A stretch of 64,000 nucleotides of DNA from the NCBI GenBank assembly GCA_022837635.1, contig JALHFY010000001.1:160136-224135 (forward strand), read 5' to 3'. Position 1 is the stretch's first letter; each line of letters opens with the position of its first letter. This document shows positions 1 to 10,036 of the stretch, piece after piece. The position numbers were made by a program, and so were the translations under genes. The notes under the pieces were generated by a model. That model saw nothing but the letters and a program-made list of their open reading frames with translations, did no database searches and was not told the origin of the DNA. Source of the stretch: Candidatus Shapirobacteria bacterium. Lineage in GTDB: Bacteria > Patescibacteriota > Microgenomatia > UBA12405.

Positions 1-70
1 CAGGGGCGACGACGATACGGAAACTGCGCTGATGAATTTTGCCGGTAGGCTTTAATTTTATTTTAAGCAT
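1..70 (-). CDS. rpsP: 30S ribosomal protein S16 (5' part, runs off window)
   Basis: Hand translation from ATG at 70: MLKIKLKPTGKIHQRSFRIVVAP, an S16-like N-terminus; TATAAT 6 nt upstream. Confidence 0.88.
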   Translation of the reverse strand, partial: MLKIKLKPTGKIHQRSFRIVVAP

Positions 71-77
71 AGGGCAA

Positions 78-758
78 TTATACAATAAGTGAGGCGGCTT
101 TGGTAGCGGCATCTGACTCGGCTTTTTGTTTGGAATTACCTTGTCCGGTGGCGATTAAGTCTTTGCCTAGAAAAACACCGACTTCAAAAGATTTATGATG
201 ATCGGGGCCGGATTCTTTGAGAGTTTGATAATGAGGAGTGACTCCCCTCTTGGCTTGAGCGATTTCTTGAAAGACACTTTTTGGGTCTTTATAAATTTCT
301 TTTTTAGATAAAGTCATTAAACTTGGGAGTAAAAATTTGTCTAAAAACAGGTCCAAAGCCTGTTGACCGCCGTCCAAGAAAATGGCCCCACAAAGGCTTT
401 CAAAAGTGTCGGCCAAAAGTGAGTGATTTTGGCGACCACCATGAGCTTCCTCACCATGACTTAAAAAAATGTAATCACCTAAATTAAAAGTAGCGCCGAT
501 TTCAGCTAAATTGTTGGTACAAACTAAAAGACTTCTAAGATTGGTGAGAGAACCTTCATTAAAATCAGGAAAGAGAGTGAATAATTTTTGAGAGCTCCAA
601 CTTTCCAAAAGGGCATCACCTAAAAATTCTAATCTTTCGTTACTTTCAGAGAGATGTTTGTTTTCGTTTAAGAAGGAACGATGGGTCAGAGCTAGTTTGA
701 GCAGTGATTCATCTTGAAATTGGTAGTTAATTTTTTTTTGAAGTTGAGAGAGAGGCAT
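78..758 (-). CDS. rnc: Ribonuclease III
   Basis: ALTHRS and NERLEFLGDA signature, ADTFES, C-terminal dsRBD. Confidence 0.97.
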   Translation of the reverse strand: MPLSQLQKKINYQFQDESLLKLALTHRSFLNENKHLSESNERLEFLGDALLESWSSQKLFTLFPDFNEGSLTNLRSLLVCTNNLAEIGATFNLGDYIFLSHGEEAHGGRQNHSLLADTFESLCGAIFLDGGQQALDLFLDKFLLPSLMTLSKKEIYKDPKSVFQEIAQAKRGVTPHYQTLKESGPDHHKSFEVGVFLGKDLIATGQGNSKQKAESDAATKAASLIV

Positions 759-1104
759 GAGTTTTTAAGATTTTACCTAAAACGGCATTGATAAAGGCGG
801 GTGAAGAATTGTCGCCAAATTCTTTGGCAATTTCAATCGCCTCGTCGATAACCACTTTGGGTGGAGTGTCCGGTTGATGTAATAATTCATAAAGAGAATA
901 GCGGAGAATAGCCAACTCGACTTTATTGATTTGGTCCACCGGCCATTTGGGAGCGGCTTTGGAAATCAGTTTGTCGATTTTAGTCACTTGCTGAGTAATC
1001 GGCTCAATTTGGGGATTTTGAATGTCACCGGTGAGGTTCCAAGCAAATAGAGATTGGATTAATTCAATTCTTTTTTGGTGCCGGGGGTCGAGCTTGTTTT
1101 TCAC
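727..1104 (-). CDS. nusB: Transcription antitermination factor NusB
   Basis: ELAILR...PPKVVIDEAIEIAKEFG...FINAVLG. Confidence 0.95.
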   Translation of the reverse strand: MKNKLDPRHQKRIELIQSLFAWNLTGDIQNPQIEPITQQVTKIDKLISKAAPKWPVDQINKVELAILRYSLYELLHQPDTPPKVVIDEAIEIAKEFGDNSSPAFINAVLGKILKTHASLSTSKKN

Positions 1105-1253
1105 TTATTACAATTTTTACAGATAAAACCGGGTATTTTTGGTTGTCCGCAGTTTTTGCAAGTAGTTAGTTTGGTTAATTTGGGAGCTTTGATGGCGGCA
1201 CGGCGTTTGCCTTGACGGCGAGAGCTGGGCCAATGTTTAGGTAAGGCGGTCAT
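1101..1253 (-). CDS. rpmF: 50S ribosomal protein L32 (50 aa, not in ORF track)
   Basis: Hand translation MTALPKHWPSSRRQGKRRAAIKAPKLTKLTTCKNCGQPKIPGFICKNCNK with a CxxC...CxxC ribbon; its stop overlaps the nusB GTG. Confidence 0.92.
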   Translation of the reverse strand: MTALPKHWPSSRRQGKRRAAIKAPKLTKLTTCKNCGQPKIPGFICKNCNK

Positions 1254-1287
1254 ATGCGGATATTATACAAGTTTCAGTTCCTAATTT

Positions 1288-1743
1288 TCAATCTTCAATT
1301 GTTTTAGAAGGAAGTAGAGTTTTTATTTGGGGCGGAAGAGGTGTGTTAGATTCCATGTCTGAAGGAGATATTTGAAGAAATTTAATATTGTGTTGTTGAC
1401 ATAAATTGGCTACATCTTGAGCAATACCAGAGGCATTAACATCCACACTTAAGGTTTGATTGAGCCTCATTTCAGGAAAGAGAATAATAGCTGTGGGTAG
1501 TTCTGTAGGATTAGTAAAGATTTGGTGAATATATTCTGAGTGTCGACTCCAGAAAATATTCAAGTTAATAATTTTTTGGGATTTAGCCAATTCATCTAGT
1601 TGTGCGGCTATTTCTTGGGCACGACTACAGCGAGTACCTAAAAAAAGAACATTAATTTGTTGAGAATCAGCGGGAGTTAATTCCTGTTGATTTAGTGGAT
1701 TATTTATATTGAATGTATGTCTGAATCGTTCAATAAGTTTCAT
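1288..1743 (-). CDS. Hypothetical protein
   Basis: 151-aa ORF with TATAAT 7 nt before the ATG; no recognised motif. Confidence 0.6.
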   Translation of the reverse strand: MKLIERFRHTFNINNPLNQQELTPADSQQINVLFLGTRCSRAQEIAAQLDELAKSQKIINLNIFWSRHSEYIHQIFTNPTELPTAIILFPEMRLNQTLSVDVNASGIAQDVANLCQQHNIKFLQISPSDMESNTPLPPQIKTLLPSKTIED

Positions 1744-1801
1744 GTATTTTATTATAACACAATGTGTCTAATGATTACTTTATATAACAGGCTTGATTAT
1801 T

Positions 1802-3745
1802 CTAGTTGAGGGTGGTGATTTTTGGGTGATGGTTTTTGGGAAATTTGATATTGGGGTGTTGTTGGAGGAGTTGGTGATAGAGTTTTTGGGCGGTGGCGAT
1901 TTTAGTAGCAGAGGTAATGTCGGCCAGTTTAACTGAAGGAAAGCCATGCTGGAGAGTGGAAAAAACTTCACCTGGACCTCGGATTTTTAGGTCAAATTCG
2001 GCAATTTTGAAACCGTCGTGATGACGAACAAAGAAATTGAGGCGACGATTGATGGTTTCATTGTCTTCATCATTGAAGAGGTAACAATAACTTTGTTGAC
2101 TCCCCCGCCCGACTCGACCACGAAGTTGGTGAAGTTGAGAGAGGCCAAAACGTTGAGCAGATTGAATAATAATGGTGGTAGCATTGGGAAAATCAATACC
2201 AACTTCGATAATGGGAGTGGTGACTAAAATATGAATTTTGTTGGCGGCAAAATCTTTGAGAATTTTTTGTCGCTCTTCACTTTTAGTTTTGCCATGAATT
2301 AAGGCCAAATTTAGGTCGGGAAAGATTTTTTGAAGAGAACTATATTCTTTGGTGGCGGCTTTGATACTTTGCATACTTTCTGATTCTTCGATAAAGGGGC
2401 AGAGAATAAAGGCTTGAGTTTGGCGACTTTGAATATCTTGATTTAGCCAACGATAACAATCCCTGATTTTGTGTTGAGGCACTAAAAAACTTTTAATTGC
2501 TGGGCTTTTTCGAGGGATTTTTTCTAAGGTAGATAATTGCAAGTGGCCTAAAAGTGTCAGAGAAATGCTTCTAGGAATGGGAGTGGCTGAGAGGGTGAGA
2601 GTGTGAACAGAATCGTTTTCTTTCAAAAAAGCACGTTGTTTAACTCCGAATTTATGCTGCTCATCAATAATTAATAGTCCCAGATAAGGTAAAAGAGAGT
2701 CTTTCTTGAACAAAGCGGCATGAGTGGCAATAATAATGGAGTTTTTGGGGAGTTTTTTGGGTAATTGATGTTGATTGGTGAGTAAATAAACTGGATATTG
2801 GGGTAAAAATTTTTTGAAGGTAGTAAAATGTTGTTGAGCCAAAATAGAGGTGGGGGCCATTAGGAGCGTCTTTTTTTGATTTTTGGAAGTGAGGTGGGCA
2901 GCCAAGAGTGCCAAGATAGTTTTACCGGAGCCGACATCACCGGCCAAAAGTCGGTTCATACTTTGGGTAGGATTTAACAGATCGCTTTTAATTTCTTGCC
3001 AGGCTATTTTTTGACTGGGAGATAGGGAAAAAGGTAGAGATTTAATGAGGGCAGCGGAGGAATAATTTTTAAGAACAAAACGAGGTGGAGAAATGTTTTT
3101 TTGTTGGGAGAGAATAGTAAAATATTCGTCTAGTTCCAGTCTTTTTTTAGCGGCTTGGAGTTGATTGAGGTTTTGAGGAAAATGAATATTTTTGAGGGCA
3201 CTTTTAAGATCCAAAAGAGAATGTGCTTGTAAAAAGTCCTGTGGGAGTGGATCGCGGAGATTTTTAGTGAGATAGTCAAAATGGAGTTTCAAGTGTTTTC
3301 TGAACCAGGTACTGGTTAAGCCTTGAGTTTCCGGATAAATTGGCAGAATTTGATTAGTATTGAAGGGGCCGGAGAGAGGGTTGAAAATGGTGAGTTTGTT
3401 TTTATAAAGAGTGGGGGTGCCGGCAAAGGCAAAAGACTCCCCTACCCTAAATTTAGAAGAGAGATAGCTTTGATTAAAAAAGATAATGTCAATGGAGGCA
3501 GTGTGATCAGTGACAATTAATTTTTGCAGACTCTTGCCACCGCGAAGATAGAGATTTTTGAAATCGGCAACTTGGGCTTTGAAGGAATAATTTTGTCCGG
3601 GATTTAGTTTATTAATGGTGGAAATATGGGAAAAATCAATATAGCGATGAGGCAGATGATAGAGAAGATCGCGATCATGGTGGAGGTTGAGGCGAGAGAG
3701 TTTTTCTAGGGTTTTGGGTCCAAGGCCGGGAAGAGTAAAAGTCAT
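1802..3745 (-). CDS. recG: ATP-dependent DNA helicase RecG
   Basis: GDVGSGKT, DEQHKFG, SATPIPR, QLHQLRGRVGRG, DLKIRGPGE; N-terminal wedge domain. Confidence 0.96.
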   Translation of the reverse strand: MTFTLPGLGPKTLEKLSRLNLHHDRDLLYHLPHRYIDFSHISTINKLNPGQNYSFKAQVADFKNLYLRGGKSLQKLIVTDHTASIDIIFFNQSYLSSKFRVGESFAFAGTPTLYKNKLTIFNPLSGPFNTNQILPIYPETQGLTSTWFRKHLKLHFDYLTKNLRDPLPQDFLQAHSLLDLKSALKNIHFPQNLNQLQAAKKRLELDEYFTILSQQKNISPPRFVLKNYSSAALIKSLPFSLSPSQKIAWQEIKSDLLNPTQSMNRLLAGDVGSGKTILALLAAHLTSKNQKKTLLMAPTSILAQQHFTTFKKFLPQYPVYLLTNQHQLPKKLPKNSIIIATHAALFKKDSLLPYLGLLIIDEQHKFGVKQRAFLKENDSVHTLTLSATPIPRSISLTLLGHLQLSTLEKIPRKSPAIKSFLVPQHKIRDCYRWLNQDIQSRQTQAFILCPFIEESESMQSIKAATKEYSSLQKIFPDLNLALIHGKTKSEERQKILKDFAANKIHILVTTPIIEVGIDFPNATTIIIQSAQRFGLSQLHQLRGRVGRGSQQSYCYLFNDEDNETINRRLNFFVRHHDGFKIAEFDLKIRGPGEVFSTLQHGFPSVKLADITSATKIATAQKLYHQLLQQHPNIKFPKNHHPKITTLN

Positions 3746-3765
3746 GGCTTATGTTATCATTATTT

Positions 3766-3885
3766 ATGCGTCTTTTTGGTAAAAAAATTAAGCGGAAGCA
3801 GTGGCAAAGAGTGTTGTTGGTTTTAGCTTCGGTGGGAATATTATTATCAACTTTTTTACCGATGTTAAGTGTGTTTATAAAATGA
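3766..3885 (+). CDS. Small single-pass membrane protein (39 aa, not in ORF track)
   Basis: MRLFGKKIKRKQWQRVLLVLASVGILLSTFLPMLSVFIK; TATCAT 5 nt upstream; stop overlaps the PBP start (ATGA). Confidence 0.65.
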   Translation: MRLFGKKIKRKQWQRVLLVLASVGILLSTFLPMLSVFIK

Positions 3886-6539
3886 AAAATTTTTGGGAAA
3901 AAATCAAGTACAAATTGGTGGTATTTTGGCGGAATTTGAAGGCAGCAGTGAGAAGCAAACAATTTTGGTACCGATTTTTTAAGGTCTTTTTAATCCTGAT
4001 GACTTTGGGAGTAATTTTGATAACGATTTTGTTTGCTTATTATTCAAAGGATTTACCGAGTCCAAATAATGTGGTTAGAAGGGAGGGTTTTTCCACTAGA
4101 ATTTATGACCGTAATGGCAAGGTACTTTATGATTTGTTTGCTGATGCCAAGAGACAACCGGTAACTATGGATCAAGTGCCGGAAACTTTGAAAAAAGCGA
4201 CGATTGCAGTTGAGGATAAAGATTTTTATAAACACCGAGGTTTCGATCCATTGACCCCTTTTAGAATTGTGAAAAATTTTTTCTATTTTAGAAAGTTGAC
4301 CGGTGGTTCGACTTTAACTCAGCAGTTAGTTAAGAATGTGTTGCTGACTCCAGAGGTAAGTATCACCAGAAAAATCAAAGAGTTTATTTTGGCGGTTCAA
4401 ATTGAAGCTAAATATAAGAAGGATGATATTTTATTGATGTATCTAAATGAAGCGCCTTATGGAGGCATGGCTTGGGGAGTAGGTTCTGCGGCAGAGCAGT
4501 ATTTTGATAAGTCGGTATCAGAATTGAATTTAGCAGAATCAGTAATTTTGGCCGGTTTACCGCAGCGCCCCAATGTTTATTCGCCATTTTCCAGTACCCC
4601 CAATGCTTATATCAGTCGGAGCGAACACGTGTTGCGACGGATGCAGGAGGATGGTTTTATTGATGAGGAGGTGCGAAAAAGCACTTTAGAAGAAATTAAG
4701 AATTATCAGTTTAGTGAAAACAGATCGTCGATTTCGGCACCCCATTTTGTGTTTTGGATTAAAGAGATTTTGTCGGAGAGATATGGTGAGGAGGTAGCTG
4801 AGGGTGGCGGATTAAAAGTGACTACTACTTTGGATTTGGAGTTACAAAATGAAGTGCAAAAGATTGTAGCTGAGGAAGTGGAGAAGGCGGAAAAACTCAA
4901 AATTACTAATGGTGCAGCGGTGGTAGTTGACCCCCGAGATGGACAGGTGTTGGCGATGGTCGGTTCACGGGGTTATAACAGTGACAAGACCTCAGGAGCT
5001 TTTAATGTAGTCACACAAGGTTTAAGACAGCCGGGTTCATCGATTAAACCAGTGACTTATTTAATGGGACTGAGAGAAGGCATGACGGCAGCTACTTTAT
5101 TAATGGATACGCCAGTTGCTTTTCCAATTCAAGGGAGTCGGGATTATACCCCCAGCAACTATACCGGTAAATTTTTAGGACCGATAAGTTTTCGGGATGC
5201 GTTGGGTAATTCTATTAACACCACGGCGGTGAAAGTGTTAGCTAAAGTAGGAGTGAAAAATTTTTTAACACAGGCTTATGAGATGGGTTTGAAAACTTTG
5301 GAACCGACAGCTGAGAATTTGAAACGTTTTGGATTGGCGGTGACCTTGGGAGGAGCTGAGGTGAGGATGATTGATATGGCTGGAGCTTACAGTGCTTTTG
5401 CTAATGGAGGCTTGAAAGTGGAACCAGTGGGGATTCTTAAAGTGGAAGATAAAAACGGCCGGGTGTTGGAAGAATTCCAACCGGTAAAAGGTAAAAAGGT
5501 GATGACAGAACAAGAAGCTTTTATTATTTCTAATATTTTGATGGACAATAATGCTCGAGCGATTACTTTTGGAGCTCGAAACAGTTTAGTAATTCCTAAT
5601 TATCAGGTGGCAGTGAAGACCGGAACTACCAATGAGAAAAAAGACAACTGGACAGTGGGATGGACACCAAATTTTCTCAGTGTGGTTTGGGTGGGAAATA
5701 ATGATAATACTGAAATGGGGACAATTGCTTCAGGTGTGTCGGGGGCGGCGCCAATTTGGCGACGGATAATGCTTTATGCTTTACCCAAGCGAGATAAACA
5801 AGACTTTCCTATTCCTGACAAAATTGTAAACATTAGTGTCGATAAGGTTTCTGGTTATCCCAGCCATGATGGTTTTGAGAGTAAAAATGAGTACTTTATT
5901 GACGGCACTCAAGCAAGTGTCGCCGATCCAATTCATCTGAAATTAAAGGTTTGTCGGGATAAATTTGGAATGGCTACTCCTGAAGATGTGGCAGGAGGTA
6001 ATTATGACGAAAAAGAATATTTTAATTTCAAGGAAAGCGATCCAGTGAGTCAAGATGGACGCAATCGTTGGCAAGAAGGCATTGATGCTTGGATTAATAC
6101 TTTACCAGATAAGAGTAAATATATAGTTCCCAGTGAATATTGTCGGAATGATGGTACAGTGGGAGTTAGTTTTGCTGAGCCTCAGGATAGACAGCAGGTA
6201 AATAATAAAAATGTTAAAGTGGTAATTAATACCAGTTCGGTAAAAAAGATTGTGGAAGTGAAATTATGGATTGACGGGACCCAGGTTAAAACTTGGACAG
6301 AAAGACCTTTTGAAGATCATTTCCAATTAAACGACGGAGTGCATACACTTAGAGTTAGAGCTGAAGATAGAGATGGAGGTAATGCTGACCGAGAAATTAA
6401 AATTGGAGTGAATGTACCCTGGGATTGGTCCCCGACTCCGACTAAAGCACTAGTAACCAATACTCCAACACTTCTGCTATCACCAACAAAGCCAATATCG
6501 CCGACAGTGGGGGTAACAGCAACACCAACAGGGATTTAG
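3882..6539 (+). CDS. Class A penicillin-binding protein (transglycosylase/transpeptidase) with C-terminal Ig-like domain and Thr/Pro tail
   Basis: EDKDFYKHRG, GGSTLTQQLVKN, RKIKE; SxxK (SSIK), SIN, KTG; ATG at 3882 preferred as start. Confidence 0.94.
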   Translation: MKNFWEKIKYKLVVFWRNLKAAVRSKQFWYRFFKVFLILMTLGVILITILFAYYSKDLPSPNNVVRREGFSTRIYDRNGKVLYDLFADAKRQPVTMDQVPETLKKATIAVEDKDFYKHRGFDPLTPFRIVKNFFYFRKLTGGSTLTQQLVKNVLLTPEVSITRKIKEFILAVQIEAKYKKDDILLMYLNEAPYGGMAWGVGSAAEQYFDKSVSELNLAESVILAGLPQRPNVYSPFSSTPNAYISRSEHVLRRMQEDGFIDEEVRKSTLEEIKNYQFSENRSSISAPHFVFWIKEILSERYGEEVAEGGGLKVTTTLDLELQNEVQKIVAEEVEKAEKLKITNGAAVVVDPRDGQVLAMVGSRGYNSDKTSGAFNVVTQGLRQPGSSIKPVTYLMGLREGMTAATLLMDTPVAFPIQGSRDYTPSNYTGKFLGPISFRDALGNSINTTAVKVLAKVGVKNFLTQAYEMGLKTLEPTAENLKRFGLAVTLGGAEVRMIDMAGAYSAFANGGLKVEPVGILKVEDKNGRVLEEFQPVKGKKVMTEQEAFIISNILMDNNARAITFGARNSLVIPNYQVAVKTGTTNEKKDNWTVGWTPNFLSVVWVGNNDNTEMGTIASGVSGAAPIWRRIMLYALPKRDKQDFPIPDKIVNISVDKVSGYPSHDGFESKNEYFIDGTQASVADPIHLKLKVCRDKFGMATPEDVAGGNYDEKEYFNFKESDPVSQDGRNRWQEGIDAWINTLPDKSKYIVPSEYCRNDGTVGVSFAEPQDRQQVNNKNVKVVINTSSVKKIVEVKLWIDGTQVKTWTERPFEDHFQLNDGVHTLRVRAEDRDGGNADREIKIGVNVPWDWSPTPTKALVTNTPTLLLSPTKPISPTVGVTATPTGI

Positions 6540-6571
6540 ATAATTAGATAATTAGATAATTAGATAAGTAG
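6537..6571 (+). repeat. Octamer tandem repeat (TAGATAAT)3 TAGATAAG
   Basis: Read directly; the first unit starts with the PBP stop codon. Confidence 0.85.
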
Positions 6572-6582
6572 TGAGGAGTGAA

Positions 6583-8358
6583 TTAGAGAAGATTGAAAGC
6601 GGAGAGGTGGGTTTTTTTAGCGATTTTATCGTTGCAGTTGTAATAATTGACTTGAAAAGTGTAGCGATATTTCCCCAATTTTTGGTCGTGATAAATATCA
6701 GTAATAGTGATATTCCAGAGAATTTGGGGACCGATAATTTTTTTATATTTTTCTAAAAGAGTTTGAGGATTAACTTTTGTATCCAAAAGAAGATTGGCAT
6801 CCAAGGTAATGATTTGTGAATTGAGTTCGATGGCTGGAGTTTGAGGTGAAAATTTAGCCTGGTAGAAATCAGGGTGTTTAAGATTGTCAAGAATAATTTG
6901 AGCAAAAGAATTTTCAATTTGACTCTTTAAGCCAAGAGTTCTCAGGTCATTTTTAAGAATTTGTGGATTATGATGATAGAGACCAAGAGCATATTTTTCA
7001 GAATATTTAGAACCTGTCTTAAAATAGATTTTGCCGATTTCAAAAAACTGAGGTTGTGGTAACTTAAGGCGACGATAGTTGTCTAGTTGTAATTTAAGAG
7101 TGTCGATAAGTGAAGTTCGAAGATAGGTGTACTCACTATTGATACTATTTTGAGTTTGGACAGCGTTTTGGTCGCTAGGTTTAGAGACTAGGGGCCAGGT
7201 GAGAACTTCATCATAACCGAGTTGTTTAAGCTGATCTTTGAGGGTGTCAATAGTATAAAGAATTTTAGGGGTAATATCGGTAACTTTTTTATAGCTTAAA
7301 GGTTGGTTGACTGGAATGTTTTGGTAACCCCAAAAACGAAGAATTTCGTTGGCAATTCCTTCTGGATTAGTAATATCAGGACGCAGAGTGGGGATTAGAC
7401 CTTGATGAATATCTAATTTTTTTAAGGTTTTTTTAATAAAAGTATTTGGTACTTTCAAAGCACTAATTTTGAAAACTAAGTCCGGAGAGAAATCAATTTT
7501 CAAGGGTTTTTTAACGTGAGGGTAATAATCAAAAAGTTGAGAACTAATCTGGCCTCCACAGATATCGAGGACTAAATTAACGAGATGAGAAAAGGCTAAA
7601 GGAATGAGATTAGGGTCAAGCTGTTTTTCTAGACGAGTGGCGGCTTCGGTTTGAGAGCGAAGTAAACGATGGTTTTGGCGGACAGTGGTGGGATTGTAGA
7701 TAGCCATTTCTAGAATTACCTCTTGGCTTTGAGAATCAATAGCGGCATTTTGACCGCCCCAAAAAGAAAGACTAAGGGCTTGAGTGGGATTATTAATCAT
7801 CAAAATACTTTTATCGAGAGTTAGCTTACTTTTATCCAGAGTGACAAATTCTTGGTAACCGGGATTGAGTTGCCAAATGAGATGATCACCTGATTTATGA
7901 GTATCGAAAGCGTGAGTGGGAATGGAATAAAGTAGCATAATGTAATTAGTCAAGTCGACTACGGGATTAATAGAGTGAAGACCGTGGAGTTTAAGAAAAT
8001 TTTTAAGCCAGGTGGGAGAAGAAGTGTTTTTAAGGCTGGTAATTTTCAGAGCTTGGATACGAGTGACAGTGTCAGTAGTAACTTGAATAGGTAGAGGAGT
8101 TGAGGTGGTCTGAAGAGGTAAAATATCGGCATTTTTTAACTTAAGATCATAGAGGACAGAGAGGTCTTTAGCTAAACCATAATAACCTAAACAATCACCG
8201 CGATTAACTTTAATATCCAGATCAAAAATAATTTCTTTGCCAATTTTTTCGTAAAAATTACAAAAGTGGCCGATAAGAGTCAGGTCATCTCGAAGTTGAT
8301 GAGGAGGGACTGACAGGTCGGGTAAAAAGTGTTTTAAGTGAGAATAAATTAATTTCAT
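6583..8358 (-). CDS. pheT: Phenylalanine-tRNA ligase beta subunit (short form)
   Basis: NRGDCL, INPVVDLTNY, PTHAFD, PTLRPDI, LRTSL, FFEIGKIY; directly after pheS. Confidence 0.92.
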   Translation of the reverse strand: MKLIYSHLKHFLPDLSVPPHQLRDDLTLIGHFCNFYEKIGKEIIFDLDIKVNRGDCLGYYGLAKDLSVLYDLKLKNADILPLQTTSTPLPIQVTTDTVTRIQALKITSLKNTSSPTWLKNFLKLHGLHSINPVVDLTNYIMLLYSIPTHAFDTHKSGDHLIWQLNPGYQEFVTLDKSKLTLDKSILMINNPTQALSLSFWGGQNAAIDSQSQEVILEMAIYNPTTVRQNHRLLRSQTEAATRLEKQLDPNLIPLAFSHLVNLVLDICGGQISSQLFDYYPHVKKPLKIDFSPDLVFKISALKVPNTFIKKTLKKLDIHQGLIPTLRPDITNPEGIANEILRFWGYQNIPVNQPLSYKKVTDITPKILYTIDTLKDQLKQLGYDEVLTWPLVSKPSDQNAVQTQNSINSEYTYLRTSLIDTLKLQLDNYRRLKLPQPQFFEIGKIYFKTGSKYSEKYALGLYHHNPQILKNDLRTLGLKSQIENSFAQIILDNLKHPDFYQAKFSPQTPAIELNSQIITLDANLLLDTKVNPQTLLEKYKKIIGPQILWNITITDIYHDQKLGKYRYTFQVNYYNCNDKIAKKTHLSAFNLL

Positions 8359-9363
8359 TTATTTATAAGGTAAATAAGAGAGGTTTCCACCCATAAGAGT
8401 GCGAATGTCTTGAATATTATTTTGGGCCATGGTCCAACGATCAAGGCCCATACCAAAGGCAAAACCATTCCATTTTTTAGGATCGATACCGGCTTTTTTC
8501 AAAACATTGGGGTGAATCATACCGGAACCACCCATTTCAATCCAACCGGCAAATTTACAAAGTGGACAACCTTGGCCGTGACAACTAAAACATTGCATAT
8601 CAGGACCAATACCTGGTTCCACTTCGGGATAATATTTAGCGCGGTAACGAACAATAACTTTGGATCCGTAAAGGGTCTTGAACATTAAATCCATGGTCCC
8701 GATAAGGTCTTTTAAGGTAACATTTTTATCAACGACGACGGCTTGATATTGACGAAAGGCAAAGTGATTACTGCGATTAACTTTTTCATTGCGGTAAACG
8801 GTACCAGCAAAAGCAGCTCGAAGAGGTAAGGATTTTTTTGCCGTTTCTAAAAGATAACTTTCGATGGTGGAAGTTTGGGTGCGTAAGAGATATTTAGGTT
8901 CTTGGATATAGAGAGTATCTTGCATGTCTCGAGCAGGATGATCGGCGGGAACATTAAGACGATCGAAGTTGTAATCGTCAGTGACAATATCGGGAGCTTC
9001 GTAGAGGGAAAAGCCTAATTTTTGAAAAAGTTGATTGAGTTGGCGTTCAGTTTGGGTTAAGGGGTGGAGATGTCCAACTTTTGCTAAAGTGGCAGCGAGT
9101 AAACTTGTTTTAGGCGAGGTAGGGGTGTTTATAGGAGAGTCTTTAATTTTATGAGATTCGATTAAAGATTCAACTGCTTGTTTGAAAGCGTTTAACTCTT
9201 GACCAAAACTTTTAGGATCGGGATGATTTTTTATTTGTGAAAAAAGAGAATTGACTATCCCCTGTCGGCCTAAGTATTCAATTCGGACTGATTTTAACTC
9301 AGTTTGATTAGCGACTAAATTTAATTTATCTTTAAGTTTTTGTAAAAGTTTTTTGAGGTCCAT
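8359..9363 (-). CDS. pheS: Phenylalanine-tRNA ligase alpha subunit
   Basis: HPARDMQDT, LLRTQTS, YYPEVEPG, GFAFGMGLDR; start moved to MDLKK. Confidence 0.96.
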   Translation of the reverse strand: MDLKKLLQKLKDKLNLVANQTELKSVRIEYLGRQGIVNSLFSQIKNHPDPKSFGQELNAFKQAVESLIESHKIKDSPINTPTSPKTSLLAATLAKVGHLHPLTQTERQLNQLFQKLGFSLYEAPDIVTDDYNFDRLNVPADHPARDMQDTLYIQEPKYLLRTQTSTIESYLLETAKKSLPLRAAFAGTVYRNEKVNRSNHFAFRQYQAVVVDKNVTLKDLIGTMDLMFKTLYGSKVIVRYRAKYYPEVEPGIGPDMQCFSCHGQGCPLCKFAGWIEMGGSGMIHPNVLKKAGIDPKKWNGFAFGMGLDRWTMAQNNIQDIRTLMGGNLSYLPYK

Positions 9364-9382
9364 TGCTTTACCTATTATAAAC

Positions 9383-9406
9383 AAAAACCTCCCGTGTTGC
9401 GGGAGG
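9383..9406 (-). terminator. Intrinsic terminator between rplT and pheS
   Basis: CCTCCCG/CGGGAGG 7-bp stem followed by U5 on the minus strand. Confidence 0.75.
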
Positions 9407-9434
9407 AATTATTGAAAAATGAGACATCTCCCGC

Positions 9435-9776
9435 CTATTTGAGGGACTCGAAGATGCTTTTAAAGGTGCCAGGATCTTTAATGGCAATTTCGGAGAGCAT
9501 TTTACGATTGAGTTCGACTTGATTGTCTTTCAGTTTTTTGATGAAAGCGGAATAACTGATATCAAAAGGGCGAAGAGCAGCATTAATTCTAACTATCCAG
9601 AGTTTCCTGATATCACGACGACGGAGACGGCGACCGATGTAAGCATATTGGCCGGCGTGAAGTACAGCTTCAGAGGCAACTTTATAACGCTTGCTTCTGG
9701 TCATCCAATAACCTTTAGCGCGTTTAAGCAGTTTTTTGTGAGCTTGGCGACGAACAGTGCCGGTTTTGATTCTCAT
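9435..9776 (-). CDS. rplT: 50S ribosomal protein L20
   Basis: AKGYW, YAYIGRR, LWIVRINAA, LNRKMLSEIA. Confidence 0.97.
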   Translation of the reverse strand: MRIKTGTVRRQAHKKLLKRAKGYWMTRSKRYKVASEAVLHAGQYAYIGRRLRRRDIRKLWIVRINAALRPFDISYSAFIKKLKDNQVELNRKMLSEIAIKDPGTFKSIFESLK

Positions 9777-9825
9777 ATAGTTAAATAGTTAGATGAGTAG
9801 ATAATTAGTAAATAGTTATTAATGA

Positions 9826-10035
9826 TTATTTTTTGCCAAGGAGTTTTTTAACTCTGGTAGCCAAACGACCGGTGACCAGTTTTTTACCTTTAAGTCGGCG
9901 GAGTTGTTTTTTTGATTTTTTGCGACGTAAATGGCGGTTGAAAGCAGATTGACGGAGGACCTTGCCATTTTTAGTCACCGTAAAGCGACTACTGACTGAT
10001 TTTTTGACACGGTGTTTTTTACTCATTTTTTCCAT
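9826..10035 (-). CDS. rpmI: 50S ribosomal protein L35
   Basis: KKSVSSRFTVTKNGKV...HLRRKKSKKQLRRL, between infC and rplT; start at 10035 or 10026. Confidence 0.93.
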   Translation of the reverse strand: MEKMSKKHRVKKSVSSRFTVTKNGKVLRQSAFNRHLRRKKSKKQLRRLKGKKLVTGRLATRVKKLLGKK

Positions 10036-10036
10036 A

